Assembly (NCBI GenBank): GCA_963783885.1
Contig: CAWAPJ010000005.1
Span: forward strand, 1 to 64,000
DNA: 64,000 nucleotides
Reading direction: 5' to 3'
DNA from: Waddliaceae bacterium
GTDB taxonomy: Bacteria; Chlamydiota; Chlamydiia; Chlamydiales; SLFE01
Under the pieces are notes generated by a model. The model searched no databases and was not told where the DNA came from. It saw only the letters and a list, made by a program, of their open reading frames with translations. The position numbers and the translations under genes were made by a program. The stretch's first letter is position 1, and each line of letters begins with the position of its first letter. This document shows positions 1 through 8,665 of this stretch, in pieces.

Positions 1-129
1 GCCCTTTGTAATCTGCTTTTTACAGATTAGCCCTAAAAATTATGAAAATACAAAGCTTCTATTTTCAGAGAAGTCACAATAAATCTAATTAGACCAGTAT
101 ATTTCATAAAAAGTCTTAAAATCAAGGCG

Positions 130-450
130 TCATCGCTCTTCCGGAAAATCAGAAGGATACTTATTCTTTAGAAATGTTATTTCGTCGCAATAATGATGAA
201 ATAAATCTATCAGGTTGTTTTTTCTTCTCAAAACCAATTTTCGTTGTTGCATATCTCTGACATTTTCGATTTCTCCAAGCTCATCTTCAGTTAGGATTAA
301 TTCATTGCAGATATCATTCAACATCTTTTGGCGTCGGATTAATGGGCGACTGCCGTTGTTGCGGCTTGAAAAAGATCTTGTTTGTGGGGCCGCCAAGGGT
401 CTTGTAGACTGGGGGATTGTCCTGGTCATTAGTGTTCTGGTAATATTCAT
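130..450 (-). CDS. hypothetical protein
   Basis: 106-aa ORF with GGAGG RBS upstream; Ser/Thr/Arg-rich N-terminus; no recognised family. Confidence 0.6.
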   Translation of the reverse strand: MNITRTLMTRTIPQSTRPLAAPQTRSFSSRNNGSRPLIRRQKMLNDICNELILTEDELGEIENVRDMQQRKLVLRRKNNLIDLFHHYCDEITFLKNKYPSDFPEER

Positions 451-635
451 TTCAACCTCCTTAATTATTTATTTGCAATAGTATAGCAAATTCAATGATT
501 TAGTGAAAGATATTGAAACTCAGACACAGTAGAGTAGAAAAAGGGAATACCCCATCTACTCTACTTTTAACAAGACGTTCTTTGTAGAAATGTCACGGCC
601 CAACTTTAGAGAGGCTTTTTCAGAGCCGACCAAAT

Positions 636-968
636 TTACTGATCATCTGTGGATTTTTTGAGCTTGTCGAAATATTCCTGTCCTTTTTCTTTGACCGTCT
701 TATACGCGTCTTCTAGCTGCTCTTTGACAGACGTGGACTTTTCATCCTTAGTTTCGTCTTCATCCGCGAGTTCTTTGTAATATTTCATCGCTGACTCAGG
801 AAAGATGACAATATAGCCTGCGATAAGGCAAATGACAAGCAGGATAAGTGTGATGATAAAACTAAATATTCGTTTCACAACAAAGATCAATGTCAGGACG
901 AAAATGATCGCAGCAGCAATGACGGTAACAATGGGATTCTGTACCAAATACTCCATGAAAGTTTCCAT
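636..968 (-). CDS. small membrane protein (two TM helices, charged C-tail)
   Basis: 110-aa ORF, GGAGG RBS, two hydrophobic stretches. Confidence 0.7.
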   Translation of the reverse strand: METFMEYLVQNPIVTVIAAAIIFVLTLIFVVKRIFSFIITLILLVICLIAGYIVIFPESAMKYYKELADEDETKDEKSTSVKEQLEDAYKTVKEKGQEYFDKLKKSTDDQ

Positions 969-1011
969 GAGGCGCCCTCCTTATAAATTCATTTTAACCG
1001 ACTGAAACTTA

Positions 1012-2139
1012 TTATCTAAGTAGTTTTTCCCCTAGATCGATGGGGTCTCTTATCTCTTTTATGCCAAGCTGATTGCGTATTTCAGACATCATATAGAACG
1101 ATCCGCAGACGACAATTATGCCTTTGGGTTCAGAAGCAGGGATCAGTGTACGAATGTCTGAGCAGATTGTTGGGTTAAAGCCTGCCTTTTTCGCTTCCTG
1201 ATGCAGAAAATCCGCTGAATAAAGGCGAGGGTGGCGGCTTTTGAAAATAACCGGAGTATTGGTTAAGAGGCTGATTGCCTCGAAACATTCGCGAAGAGGT
1301 TTTTTATTCGAGAGGGTAAAAACACAGCGAACCGGTGTTTCCCCATACCGTTTTCTGAGTTGATGATAAAGATAAATCAGGCCTCCTGGATTGTGGGCGA
1401 CATCCAAAATGACTTTTCTGCCTTCGTAGGAGATCTCTTCCATTCTACAAGGAGGGCGGCTGTTTAGTCTGTCCTCTGCCATCAAAAAAGGGAGATGGCG
1501 CAAGGCTTCTCTTGCAGTTGCGGTATTGTCATCCTCGGATGGAGCTGGTCGATAAATAGGACAGGCAAGTTTTTTTGCGTACGGCTCGATCAATCCTTCG
1601 GGGACCTGGGAGCCCAGGAGTACTGGCACCGATTGTTTTAGGATGCCCGCTTTGGCCCGAGCAACTTCTTCTAGGGTATCGCCTAGAATTTCTGTATGTT
1701 CAAGCGAGAGGGATGTAATGATAGATAAAATCGGTTTTACTGAGCTTGTCGGGTCGAATTCGCCTCCTAGGCCAGTTTCAATAATTGCAATATCTATCTG
1801 GTTGTCGGCAAAATAGGAGAGGGCCATTTTGGTTGTGATTTCAAAAAATCCACAAGGGTCATCGGTCCTTTTGCCTATTCTTTTGACGACCTCCGCTTCG
1901 GGTATGGGGCAGCCATTGATTCTGATCCTTTCGCGAAAGCTTGAAATATGAGGTGATGTGTAGAGCCCGACACGGCAGCCGGCAAAACGGAGGGATTCGG
2001 CGATTTTCCAGGCGACTGTCCCTTTGCCGTTGCTTCCCGCAATGTGGACCGATGGATAGGGGGTCGCAATCGGTTCGGGACGCTCTTTCTTGGAAGCACG
2101 TTTCTGATAAAGCTTTAAAAGCAGGTCGGAATAAGTCAT
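1012..2139 (-). CDS. folC: folylpolyglutamate synthase/dihydrofolate synthase
   Basis: HIAGSNGKGT, YTSPHI..FRERI, IETGLGG, LDVAHNP, VCGSFY motifs. Confidence 0.93.
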   Translation of the reverse strand: MTYSDLLLKLYQKRASKKERPEPIATPYPSVHIAGSNGKGTVAWKIAESLRFAGCRVGLYTSPHISSFRERIRINGCPIPEAEVVKRIGKRTDDPCGFFEITTKMALSYFADNQIDIAIIETGLGGEFDPTSSVKPILSIITSLSLEHTEILGDTLEEVARAKAGILKQSVPVLLGSQVPEGLIEPYAKKLACPIYRPAPSEDDNTATAREALRHLPFLMAEDRLNSRPPCRMEEISYEGRKVILDVAHNPGGLIYLYHQLRKRYGETPVRCVFTLSNKKPLRECFEAISLLTNTPVIFKSRHPRLYSADFLHQEAKKAGFNPTICSDIRTLIPASEPKGIIVVCGSFYMMSEIRNQLGIKEIRDPIDLGEKLLR

Positions 2140-2978
2140 AGGTTTGAAAGGTAGACGCTGTGTAGATAATCAAAAGTTTCTCTAGGCGTCCAGGAGGATC
2201 CAAGCATATTGCGGGGTTTGATGCTGCCATGAAAATCTGAGCCGCCCGTGATCAGCCAGCTTCTGTCATTAGCTTTTGAGATCCATGTCTGGCATTTATT
2301 TGCGGGAAATCTAGCATAGTAGCCTTCAAGCCCGTCGAATTCCATATCCATTAAAAGGTTGATGATGCGTCTTTTTTTGATGAGATGAGGATGGGCTAAA
2401 ATCGCTACGCCTCCAGCCTGATGAATCACATCGAGGGTCTCTTCCACTCCGAACCTCTCTCCCGGTGAATAGCAGATTTTGCCGTCTCCGAGGTATTTGT
2501 CGAAAGCTTCCTGAATATCCCGAACATAGCCTTGTCTGACCATTTGAAGGGCAATATGGGGGCGGCCGGTCGACCTTGGATTTCCTCCCGGAATCGGGCG
2601 GCGCATTTCGTGTTCATCAATGGGCATCTGATGTTTTGTCAGCAGATCGAGAATTTCCCGGTTGCGTATCTTGCGTCTTTCAGCATGCCGCAAGCAAAAA
2701 TTTAAGATGATGGGATTTTCGGGGGAAAAGGAGTAGCCCAGAATATGGACATTCGTCTCTTTCAGGGCCGAAGAAAACTCCACCCCTGGAATCAATTGGA
2801 TATTTTTTTCTTTGGCTTCGCCGGTAGCTGTTTTATATGCTTCCACCGTGTCGTGGTCGGTTATGGAGAGGCCGGACAAGTCAATGTCTTTTGCAAGATC
2901 GATAAGCTCTTTGGGGGTTAAGGTTCCATCAGAGCATGTCGAGTGGCAGTGAAGGTCGGCTTTGAATGGTTCATTCAT
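2136..2978 (-). CDS. PHP-domain phosphoesterase (TrpH/YciV-like)
   Basis: DLHCHSTCSDG, ITDHDT, GVEFS, AHP, GGSDFHG. Confidence 0.9.
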   Translation of the reverse strand: MNEPFKADLHCHSTCSDGTLTPKELIDLAKDIDLSGLSITDHDTVEAYKTATGEAKEKNIQLIPGVEFSSALKETNVHILGYSFSPENPIILNFCLRHAERRKIRNREILDLLTKHQMPIDEHEMRRPIPGGNPRSTGRPHIALQMVRQGYVRDIQEAFDKYLGDGKICYSPGERFGVEETLDVIHQAGGVAILAHPHLIKKRRIINLLMDMEFDGLEGYYARFPANKCQTWISKANDRSWLITGGSDFHGSIKPRNMLGSSWTPRETFDYLHSVYLSNL

Positions 2979-3876
2979 AAGGTATAAAGCGCACTTCCAT
3001 TTTAAGCTGCTGATTAGTTTGTTTTTTGACCTCTTCTTGAATCAGCCGGATCAGGGAAAGAGTATCTTTTGCCGTCGCGTTTCCGGTATTTACAATAAAA
3101 TTAGCGTGAAGGGGAGACACTTTGGCGCCCCCAATCTGTTTACCTTTTAATCCGCATTGCTCAATCAGGGCGCCTGAGTGCCCATGATCCGGATTGCGAA
3201 AGACGCATCCTGCAGACTTTTCTTTTAGCGGTTGCGTCTGCTTTCTTTTATCGATAATTGCGATTTGGGTTTCACGCGCCATATCGGATACGCTCAATGA
3301 AAATTCGGCTGCGATCACCGCTCCGGACATTTGCTGAAAGGGTGAAGAGCGGTAGCCGAATGCAAGTTCTTGCCGTTTCCATGTGGTTTTGTTTCCTTCT
3401 GTATCCATGAAGTCAACAGCACTTAGGCACTCGCACGTTTCTTTGCCGTTAGCTCCGGCGTTCATTGTAACTGCCCCTCCGACGCTTCCAGGTATACCTG
3501 AAGCAAACTCCAAACCTGAAAGGCCCCACCTGGCTGTTTGGGATCCCAGCAAAGAAAAGCTATAGCCGCTCCCGACTCTTATACGAGTTTTGTCGATTCT
3601 TTCGATGAAGGAAATTTTATTTAGAATGATAAGCCCGTTGTATCCTCGGTCGTCAAACAGGCAGTTCGACCCTTTTCCGAGAACCATAAACTTGAGGTTC
3701 ATCTTGCGGCTAAAAGCCAAAGCTTCGGCAATTTCATTTTCGGATGCTGCTTCGGCAAAATACTTGGCAGGTCCTCCAACACCAAAGGTCGACAGCTCAC
3801 TCAGTCTCTTTTCTGTCTGGATCAATGGGGGAAGTGTGTGTATCATGTTTCTCGATTGTTTCTTGAAGGATCTCAT
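2971..3876 (-). CDS. murB: UDP-N-acetylenolpyruvoylglucosamine reductase
   Basis: GKGSN, GLEFASGIPGSVGGAVTMNAGA, SAGCVFRNP, HANFIVN; start may be 3846. Confidence 0.95.
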   Translation of the reverse strand: MRSFKKQSRNMIHTLPPLIQTEKRLSELSTFGVGGPAKYFAEAASENEIAEALAFSRKMNLKFMVLGKGSNCLFDDRGYNGLIILNKISFIERIDKTRIRVGSGYSFSLLGSQTARWGLSGLEFASGIPGSVGGAVTMNAGANGKETCECLSAVDFMDTEGNKTTWKRQELAFGYRSSPFQQMSGAVIAAEFSLSVSDMARETQIAIIDKRKQTQPLKEKSAGCVFRNPDHGHSGALIEQCGLKGKQIGGAKVSPLHANFIVNTGNATAKDTLSLIRLIQEEVKKQTNQQLKMEVRFIPYE

Positions 3877-4339
3877 CTTGGACGATTAAGTCTTCTATGC
3901 TCTCCTCAATGGCTGCGGAACTCGATCCTTCACCAATGCTCAACTTAAATAAATGATCCATGATTGCGTTTATAAATGCAACCGAAGGAGGAGTGCCGAA
4001 TTTTTTTCCCAGACGAATGGCCTCGGCAATCGCCACTTTGGGGGGGATCATTTCGTCGAAGAACATTTCGTAGAGGCCAAGCCGTAAAATGTTCCGTTCA
4101 ACCCAGTGAATCCGTTCAAAACGATAAGATTGCAAAGCGCTAGCCACTTTTTCATCGATCTCTTTTTGATGGCTTTGAATATTGCGTACCTTGCTGAGGC
4201 AAAGCTTTACCTGGCTTTTTGCGACTTTGAGTTCATTACTGACAAGCTTGACCAGCTCGTCTTCTTCGGGAGCGGACAGGTCAAGACAATAGAGGAGCAG
4301 GAAAACCACTTCGCGCATTTTTTGTTTTGGGACAGCCAT
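3797..4339 (-). CDS. nusB: transcription antitermination factor NusB
   Basis: ERNILRLGLYE, VAIAEAIRLGKKFG, FINAIMD; adjacent to murB. Confidence 0.9.
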   Translation of the reverse strand: MAVPKQKMREVVFLLLYCLDLSAPEEDELVKLVSNELKVAKSQVKLCLSKVRNIQSHQKEIDEKVASALQSYRFERIHWVERNILRLGLYEMFFDEMIPPKVAIAEAIRLGKKFGTPPSVAFINAIMDHLFKLSIGEGSSSAAIEESIEDLIVQDEILQETIEKHDTHTSPIDPDRKETE

Positions 4340-4366
4340 AGGGAATATTATAGCAAAAAGAGCTAT

Positions 4367-4780
4367 TTAATTTGGAGGAAACAGTTTAATTTCAACACCT
4401 TCGTCTGACTCGAGTGTTTGGGATTGCAATCTGATCCGTCTCAGGCGGTCGTCATTGTCATAATGGAGTTGGAATTCAACCCATCCCTGTTTAAAATAGT
4501 AGCAATGGATAGACTTTTCTCTAAAGCGGTCTGAACGGAAGGCTTGCGAAAACAGAGGTTCTACATCATCTCGTTTCATGTACTTTTGCAGATTGCGCGG
4601 ACAGCAGGAAGAGCTGCAAAGAAAGGACAAAAATGTGTGAAAATCGGTTTGATTGGAGATATCCAGGCCAAGAGCTACTCCGATTTCTTCGGGGAGAGAG
4701 AAGGGATATCGAAAGCGCACAAAGCTATCTTTAAAAAGGCAGATAAATCGGTTTATTTGGGTAATCGCTCCCATAGCCAA
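4367..4780 (-). CDS. hypothetical protein
   Basis: 137-aa ORF co-oriented with nusB; start uncertain (ATG at 4774 possible). Confidence 0.65.
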   Translation of the reverse strand: MAMGAITQINRFICLFKDSFVRFRYPFSLPEEIGVALGLDISNQTDFHTFLSFLCSSSCCPRNLQKYMKRDDVEPLFSQAFRSDRFREKSIHCYYFKQGWVEFQLHYDNDDRLRRIRLQSQTLESDEGVEIKLFPPN

Positions 4781-4917
4781 TAACCTTATTAGGTTTAAAG
4801 TAATATTATATCAAAGCAATTAAATTAATGGCAATAGTTATTAAATAAAAAACTTTATTATGGGCTGGACAAATTGATCGGAGTCAAGTATAAGGGTGAC
4901 CTTAATCGAGGAAGCGT

Positions 4918-5499
4918 ATGCTGGCAATATTTTTGGACCAGGAGACTACAGGGCTGGACCCTGAAAGGCACAAGACGATAGAGATAGCCTTTAAAATTAT
5001 TGATGTTTCAACAGATGAGGTTAAGGCCTCCTATGAGTCTATTGTTCAGCAGCCTCCGGAAGTTTGGGAGCGGCACGACCCCTCCAGCATACAGATAAAC
5101 GGCTTTTCGTGGGATATGGTCAGCGGCGGCAAGCCGCTGGAAGTGGTCTCAAATGAGATTAAACAGTGTTTTATCCAAAACGGCATTATGAGGGGGAAGG
5201 CAGTTTTTGTTTGCCAAAACCCGTCATTCGACAGGGCCTTTTTCAATCATCTGGTTTCGGTCGATGAGCAAGAAAAGCTCAAATGGCCCTATCATTGGCT
5301 AGACCTGGCTTCAATGTACTGGGCAGCCCGTATGAAGATATCAAAAGCTTTCAACGACCCTTTCCCCATGGAGATCATCCTCTCCAAAGATAAGATCGCC
5401 GAATTTTACGGGCTACCTCCTGAAAATAAACCCCACAAGGCCATGAATGGGGTGGACCATCTCATCCTCTGCTACCAGGCCCTTTTTTCACAGATTTAA
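4918..5499 (+). CDS. DEDDh 3'-5' exonuclease
   Basis: LDQETTGL (ExoI), QNPSFD (ExoII), HKAMNGV (ExoIII-like). Confidence 0.85.
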   Translation: MLAIFLDQETTGLDPERHKTIEIAFKIIDVSTDEVKASYESIVQQPPEVWERHDPSSIQINGFSWDMVSGGKPLEVVSNEIKQCFIQNGIMRGKAVFVCQNPSFDRAFFNHLVSVDEQEKLKWPYHWLDLASMYWAARMKISKAFNDPFPMEIILSKDKIAEFYGLPPENKPHKAMNGVDHLILCYQALFSQI

Positions 5500-5507
5500 C
5501 CTGAATT

Positions 5508-6002
5508 TTATTCCGGAGGCTGTTCTTTCTGCTGCTTTTTCCTGTGCGTTGAGAAATACCAGATAGCATCAAGAGAAAAGAAGCCGGGGCCAAACGCAAA
5601 AATAATCAGCATGGTAAGCAGGTAATAAAAGGGCTGTTGGTTCATAAAAGTTTGAAAATCATGAAAAATGTTGAGAACGGCTTCACGACTGTCTGTTGCG
5701 TAAGCGGCCACCATAATGGCAATCAGAGGAATAGCGGCCAGCCTTGTCCAAAGACCAAGAACAATAAGAGCACCGCAGATGATTTCCGTTAAGGAGACAA
5801 GCCAGGCAAAAAACACCGGATTGGGAATCTGCAAAGAATTAAAAAATTCTATGACTTGGGTGATATTTCCAAGTTTTCCTGCACCGGTTAAAATAAGCAT
5901 AATCCCCCAGATCAATCTGATGGCAAGAAGTAAAGGGGATTGCAGCCAGCTGCATAGCCAAGAAAACCAACTGCTTTTATTAGGGACACAATGACTATCC
6001 AT
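5508..6002 (-). CDS. DoxX family membrane protein
   Basis: LLAIR..G..K, E...GAL..LGLWTRLAA, GPGFFSLD. Confidence 0.88.
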   Translation of the reverse strand: MDSHCVPNKSSWFSWLCSWLQSPLLLAIRLIWGIMLILTGAGKLGNITQVIEFFNSLQIPNPVFFAWLVSLTEIICGALIVLGLWTRLAAIPLIAIMVAAYATDSREAVLNIFHDFQTFMNQQPFYYLLTMLIIFAFGPGFFSLDAIWYFSTHRKKQQKEQPPE

Positions 6003-6055
6003 AAGTCAATTTACCTCCGTAAAAACAAACACATAATCCCTACATACCAAAATTC

Positions 6056-6442
6056 CTAAAGTCTGGCAATACAAGAGATTTCAATCTTTGCGTCCATCGG
6101 AAGTCTTGCAACCTCAATGGTTTGCCGTGCCGGCGGGTTTTTGTGTCCAAAGCATTCCTCATAAAATTGGTTGAGGGCCTTGAAGTCGTTTAAATCTTTT
6201 AAAAAGACGTCAACCCGAAGGACGTGGGTAAAGTCCAGGCCGGCTTCGGTTAAAATGGCTTCAATATTGGAGAGGACCTGTTTTCCCTGGCTCACGGTAT
6301 CTTCTGCCTCAATTTGTCCGGAATTCGGGTTGATGGGAAGCTGGCCTGACACAAAAAGGTAATTGCCGTCGCTGACAGCTTGCGAATAGGGGCCGATCGC
6401 TTTCGGAGCTTTTGTGGTATTGAGCGAGGTGATAGTTGACAT
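6056..6442 (-). CDS. ridA: RidA/YjgF family reactive-intermediate deaminase
   Basis: APKAIGPYSQA, FVSGQLP, PPARQTIEVARLP..AKIEI. Confidence 0.92.
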   Translation of the reverse strand: MSTITSLNTTKAPKAIGPYSQAVSDGNYLFVSGQLPINPNSGQIEAEDTVSQGKQVLSNIEAILTEAGLDFTHVLRVDVFLKDLNDFKALNQFYEECFGHKNPPARQTIEVARLPMDAKIEISCIARL

Positions 6443-6471
6443 ACTTTCCTCCTTAGTTTAGCTTTATTCGT

Positions 6472-6891
6472 ATGCATAAAACATTAGCAGCATTCTTAAT
6501 CATTTTGTTGTGCGCTGCCTGCGGCCCTCAGTCTTTAGAAGATTATCGGCGCGAAGGGCGTCAGTCGGTCCGCTCGCAGGCAAAAGAACTAAGCCGCATT
6601 CAATCACGACAAGATCTTATCACAGAAGGGCCCAAGATCAAGAAAAAATTTAATGAAATGGTCGATCTCATCATAGCCGCTCGCGAATTTTATGAGAGCC
6701 GTCCTTCCGAAGAAATGGTTCCATTGACAGAGGAAGACAGGGAAGCGAGTGATCAGCTGCAGGTTGAGATTGAAAGAATCGGACGGATTCAGGGGGCAGA
6801 GTCTCTGCTTGCCAAATACCGCGAAGAAGCTCTCGATCGGCTCCACCGTTTTGAGCTCCAACTCCAAAAAAGAAAGCTTCGTAAAAAGTGA
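6472..6891 (+). CDS. putative lipoprotein
   Basis: signal peptide with lipobox CAAC. Confidence 0.7.
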   Translation: MHKTLAAFLIILLCAACGPQSLEDYRREGRQSVRSQAKELSRIQSRQDLITEGPKIKKKFNEMVDLIIAAREFYESRPSEEMVPLTEEDREASDQLQVEIERIGRIQGAESLLAKYREEALDRLHRFELQLQKRKLRKK

Positions 6892-6956
6892 ATCATTGAA
6901 TTCTATTCCAGAATTATGATAATGTGCCGAACTTAAACATCCTAACCGAGAGGAAA

Positions 6957-8661
6957 ATGATGAATCCTGTTAATGCACTTTGCCAAGCTTCAAAAGCTAT
7001 CGATAGAACTATAGAATCAGCATCCCGTTATAAATTGATTGCCTGCACAACAGCAACCGTTGCTATCGGAACTTTTTTCATTATGAGATGGGCCAGCCGA
7101 AAAAGCTGGAACTGGGAATCCAAAGTAAAAAACACTTTAAGGATGGTGCCCAGCATCAATAAAAAGCTGGATGACGAGTTTGAGAAATTAGAAAAGAGCC
7201 TGGAACAAAAGTATTTCATGAACGTCAAAGCAGAAGATATTTGTCTGGAAGTTCCCAAGAAACCGTGGGACGTTAACAGGATTCTTGAGCGTCTGCAAAA
7301 TGTAGCCGGCAACGCAAGAAACGGGAAGAATACAGGTGCTTATTATATCGACAACAAAGAACTTGACGACTTGATCCTGCAAGTTTGCCATCTGGCAAGG
7401 CGAACCAACCCTCTTCACACAGAACTGAGTCCCTTAATCCGTCAGATGGAATCTGAAATCGTGAGAATGACTCTGTCGATGTTTAAAGGAGACGACACAA
7501 CTGTGGGGAATGTCACCTCAGGAGGGACGGACAGCATTCGACATGCGGTCTATACAGCCCGCGAAAGAGCCAAATCACTGGGGCATGGTGGAGGATGGGA
7601 AATGGTCGTTCCTTCCACTGCCCATCCCGCTTTCGCTAAGGCAGCGGGTGAGTACTGCATAAAATTGAAGAGGGTAAAAGTTTTTCCTGAGGGGCATCCC
7701 AAAGCCTACCAGGCGAATATCGAAGCCATGAGAAAGGCGATTAACAGAAATACAATACTTGTGGTTGGCTCTATGCCGCCATTCCCGCATGGCATTCCGG
7801 ACGACATCGAGGGTTTATCCAACATGCTCAAAAAAGCCGATCCCAAAGGGCGTATCGGCCTGCATGTTGACAGTTGTCTTGGGGGATTTTATCGTTCCTT
7901 GGATGGAGCAAGCGGGTTATGGAGAAGACGTCGGAACAAAGTTTGGCTTCGATGTCGAAAGGGTTACCAGCATCTCTGCAGACACTCATAAGTATGGATA
8001 TGGCGAGAAGGGGACTTCGGTAGTTATGTATCGCGATCATAAAAATTGGAGACAGCATCAAGTCTTTGTAGAAACTGAATGGGAAGGGGGCATATACGCG
8101 ACACCGACTCTTCCAGGGAGCCGATCGGGAAGAGACATTGCAGCCCTTTGGGCGGTGATGGCGCATTTGGGCAAGCAGGGTTATATTGATGAAACAAGAA
8201 AAATTATCGAAACAACACGCGCTCTAACTCAGGCGATACGCGAGGATGAAATCTTGCAGACGCATCTTAAAGTCATGGGAGATCCAAAAATGATGGTTAT
8301 CGGAATAGCTTCCAAGGATCCCGAGGTGCTAAATATTTATGACCTTATAGATGAAATGAAAAAAATGAATTGGTACCTTAGCGGTTTGCAAAAACCGGCG
8401 GGAATTCATTTTTGTACAACTGCCGTGCAGGGTAATAATCCGGATTTTGTCAAAGGTTTTGTTAAAGATCTTAAAAAGTGCATACAAATTGTTTTGAATT
8501 ATTCACCTGAAAAGAAAGCAAAAAGCGGAGATGCCGCCATGTATTGCACAAACGAAAAATTTGGTGAAAAAATGTTCATCGATGACATGGCCAGAGAGTT
8601 TTGGGATATTACGCTGCGTGTTAAACCGCTGACTTTTGATCTGGAAATCGGCAAGAATTGA
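6957..8661 (+). pseudogene. sphingosine-1-phosphate lyase-like PLP enzyme, split by a +1 frameshift near 7887-7890
   Basis: ORF1 has NPLH, TSGGTDSI, AHPAF.KA, LHVDSCLGGF; ORF2 has SISADTHKYGYGEKG (PLP Lys), GGIYATPTLPGSRSG; removing one T from GGATTTTATC restores LGGFIVPW. Confidence 0.85.
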
Positions 8662-8665
8662 TCAC

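Noticed and set aside
528-568. AGTAGAGTAGA/TCTACTCTACT inverted repeat as a riboswitch or ncRNA
   Set aside because: No recognisable aptamer; most simply a terminator-like hairpin
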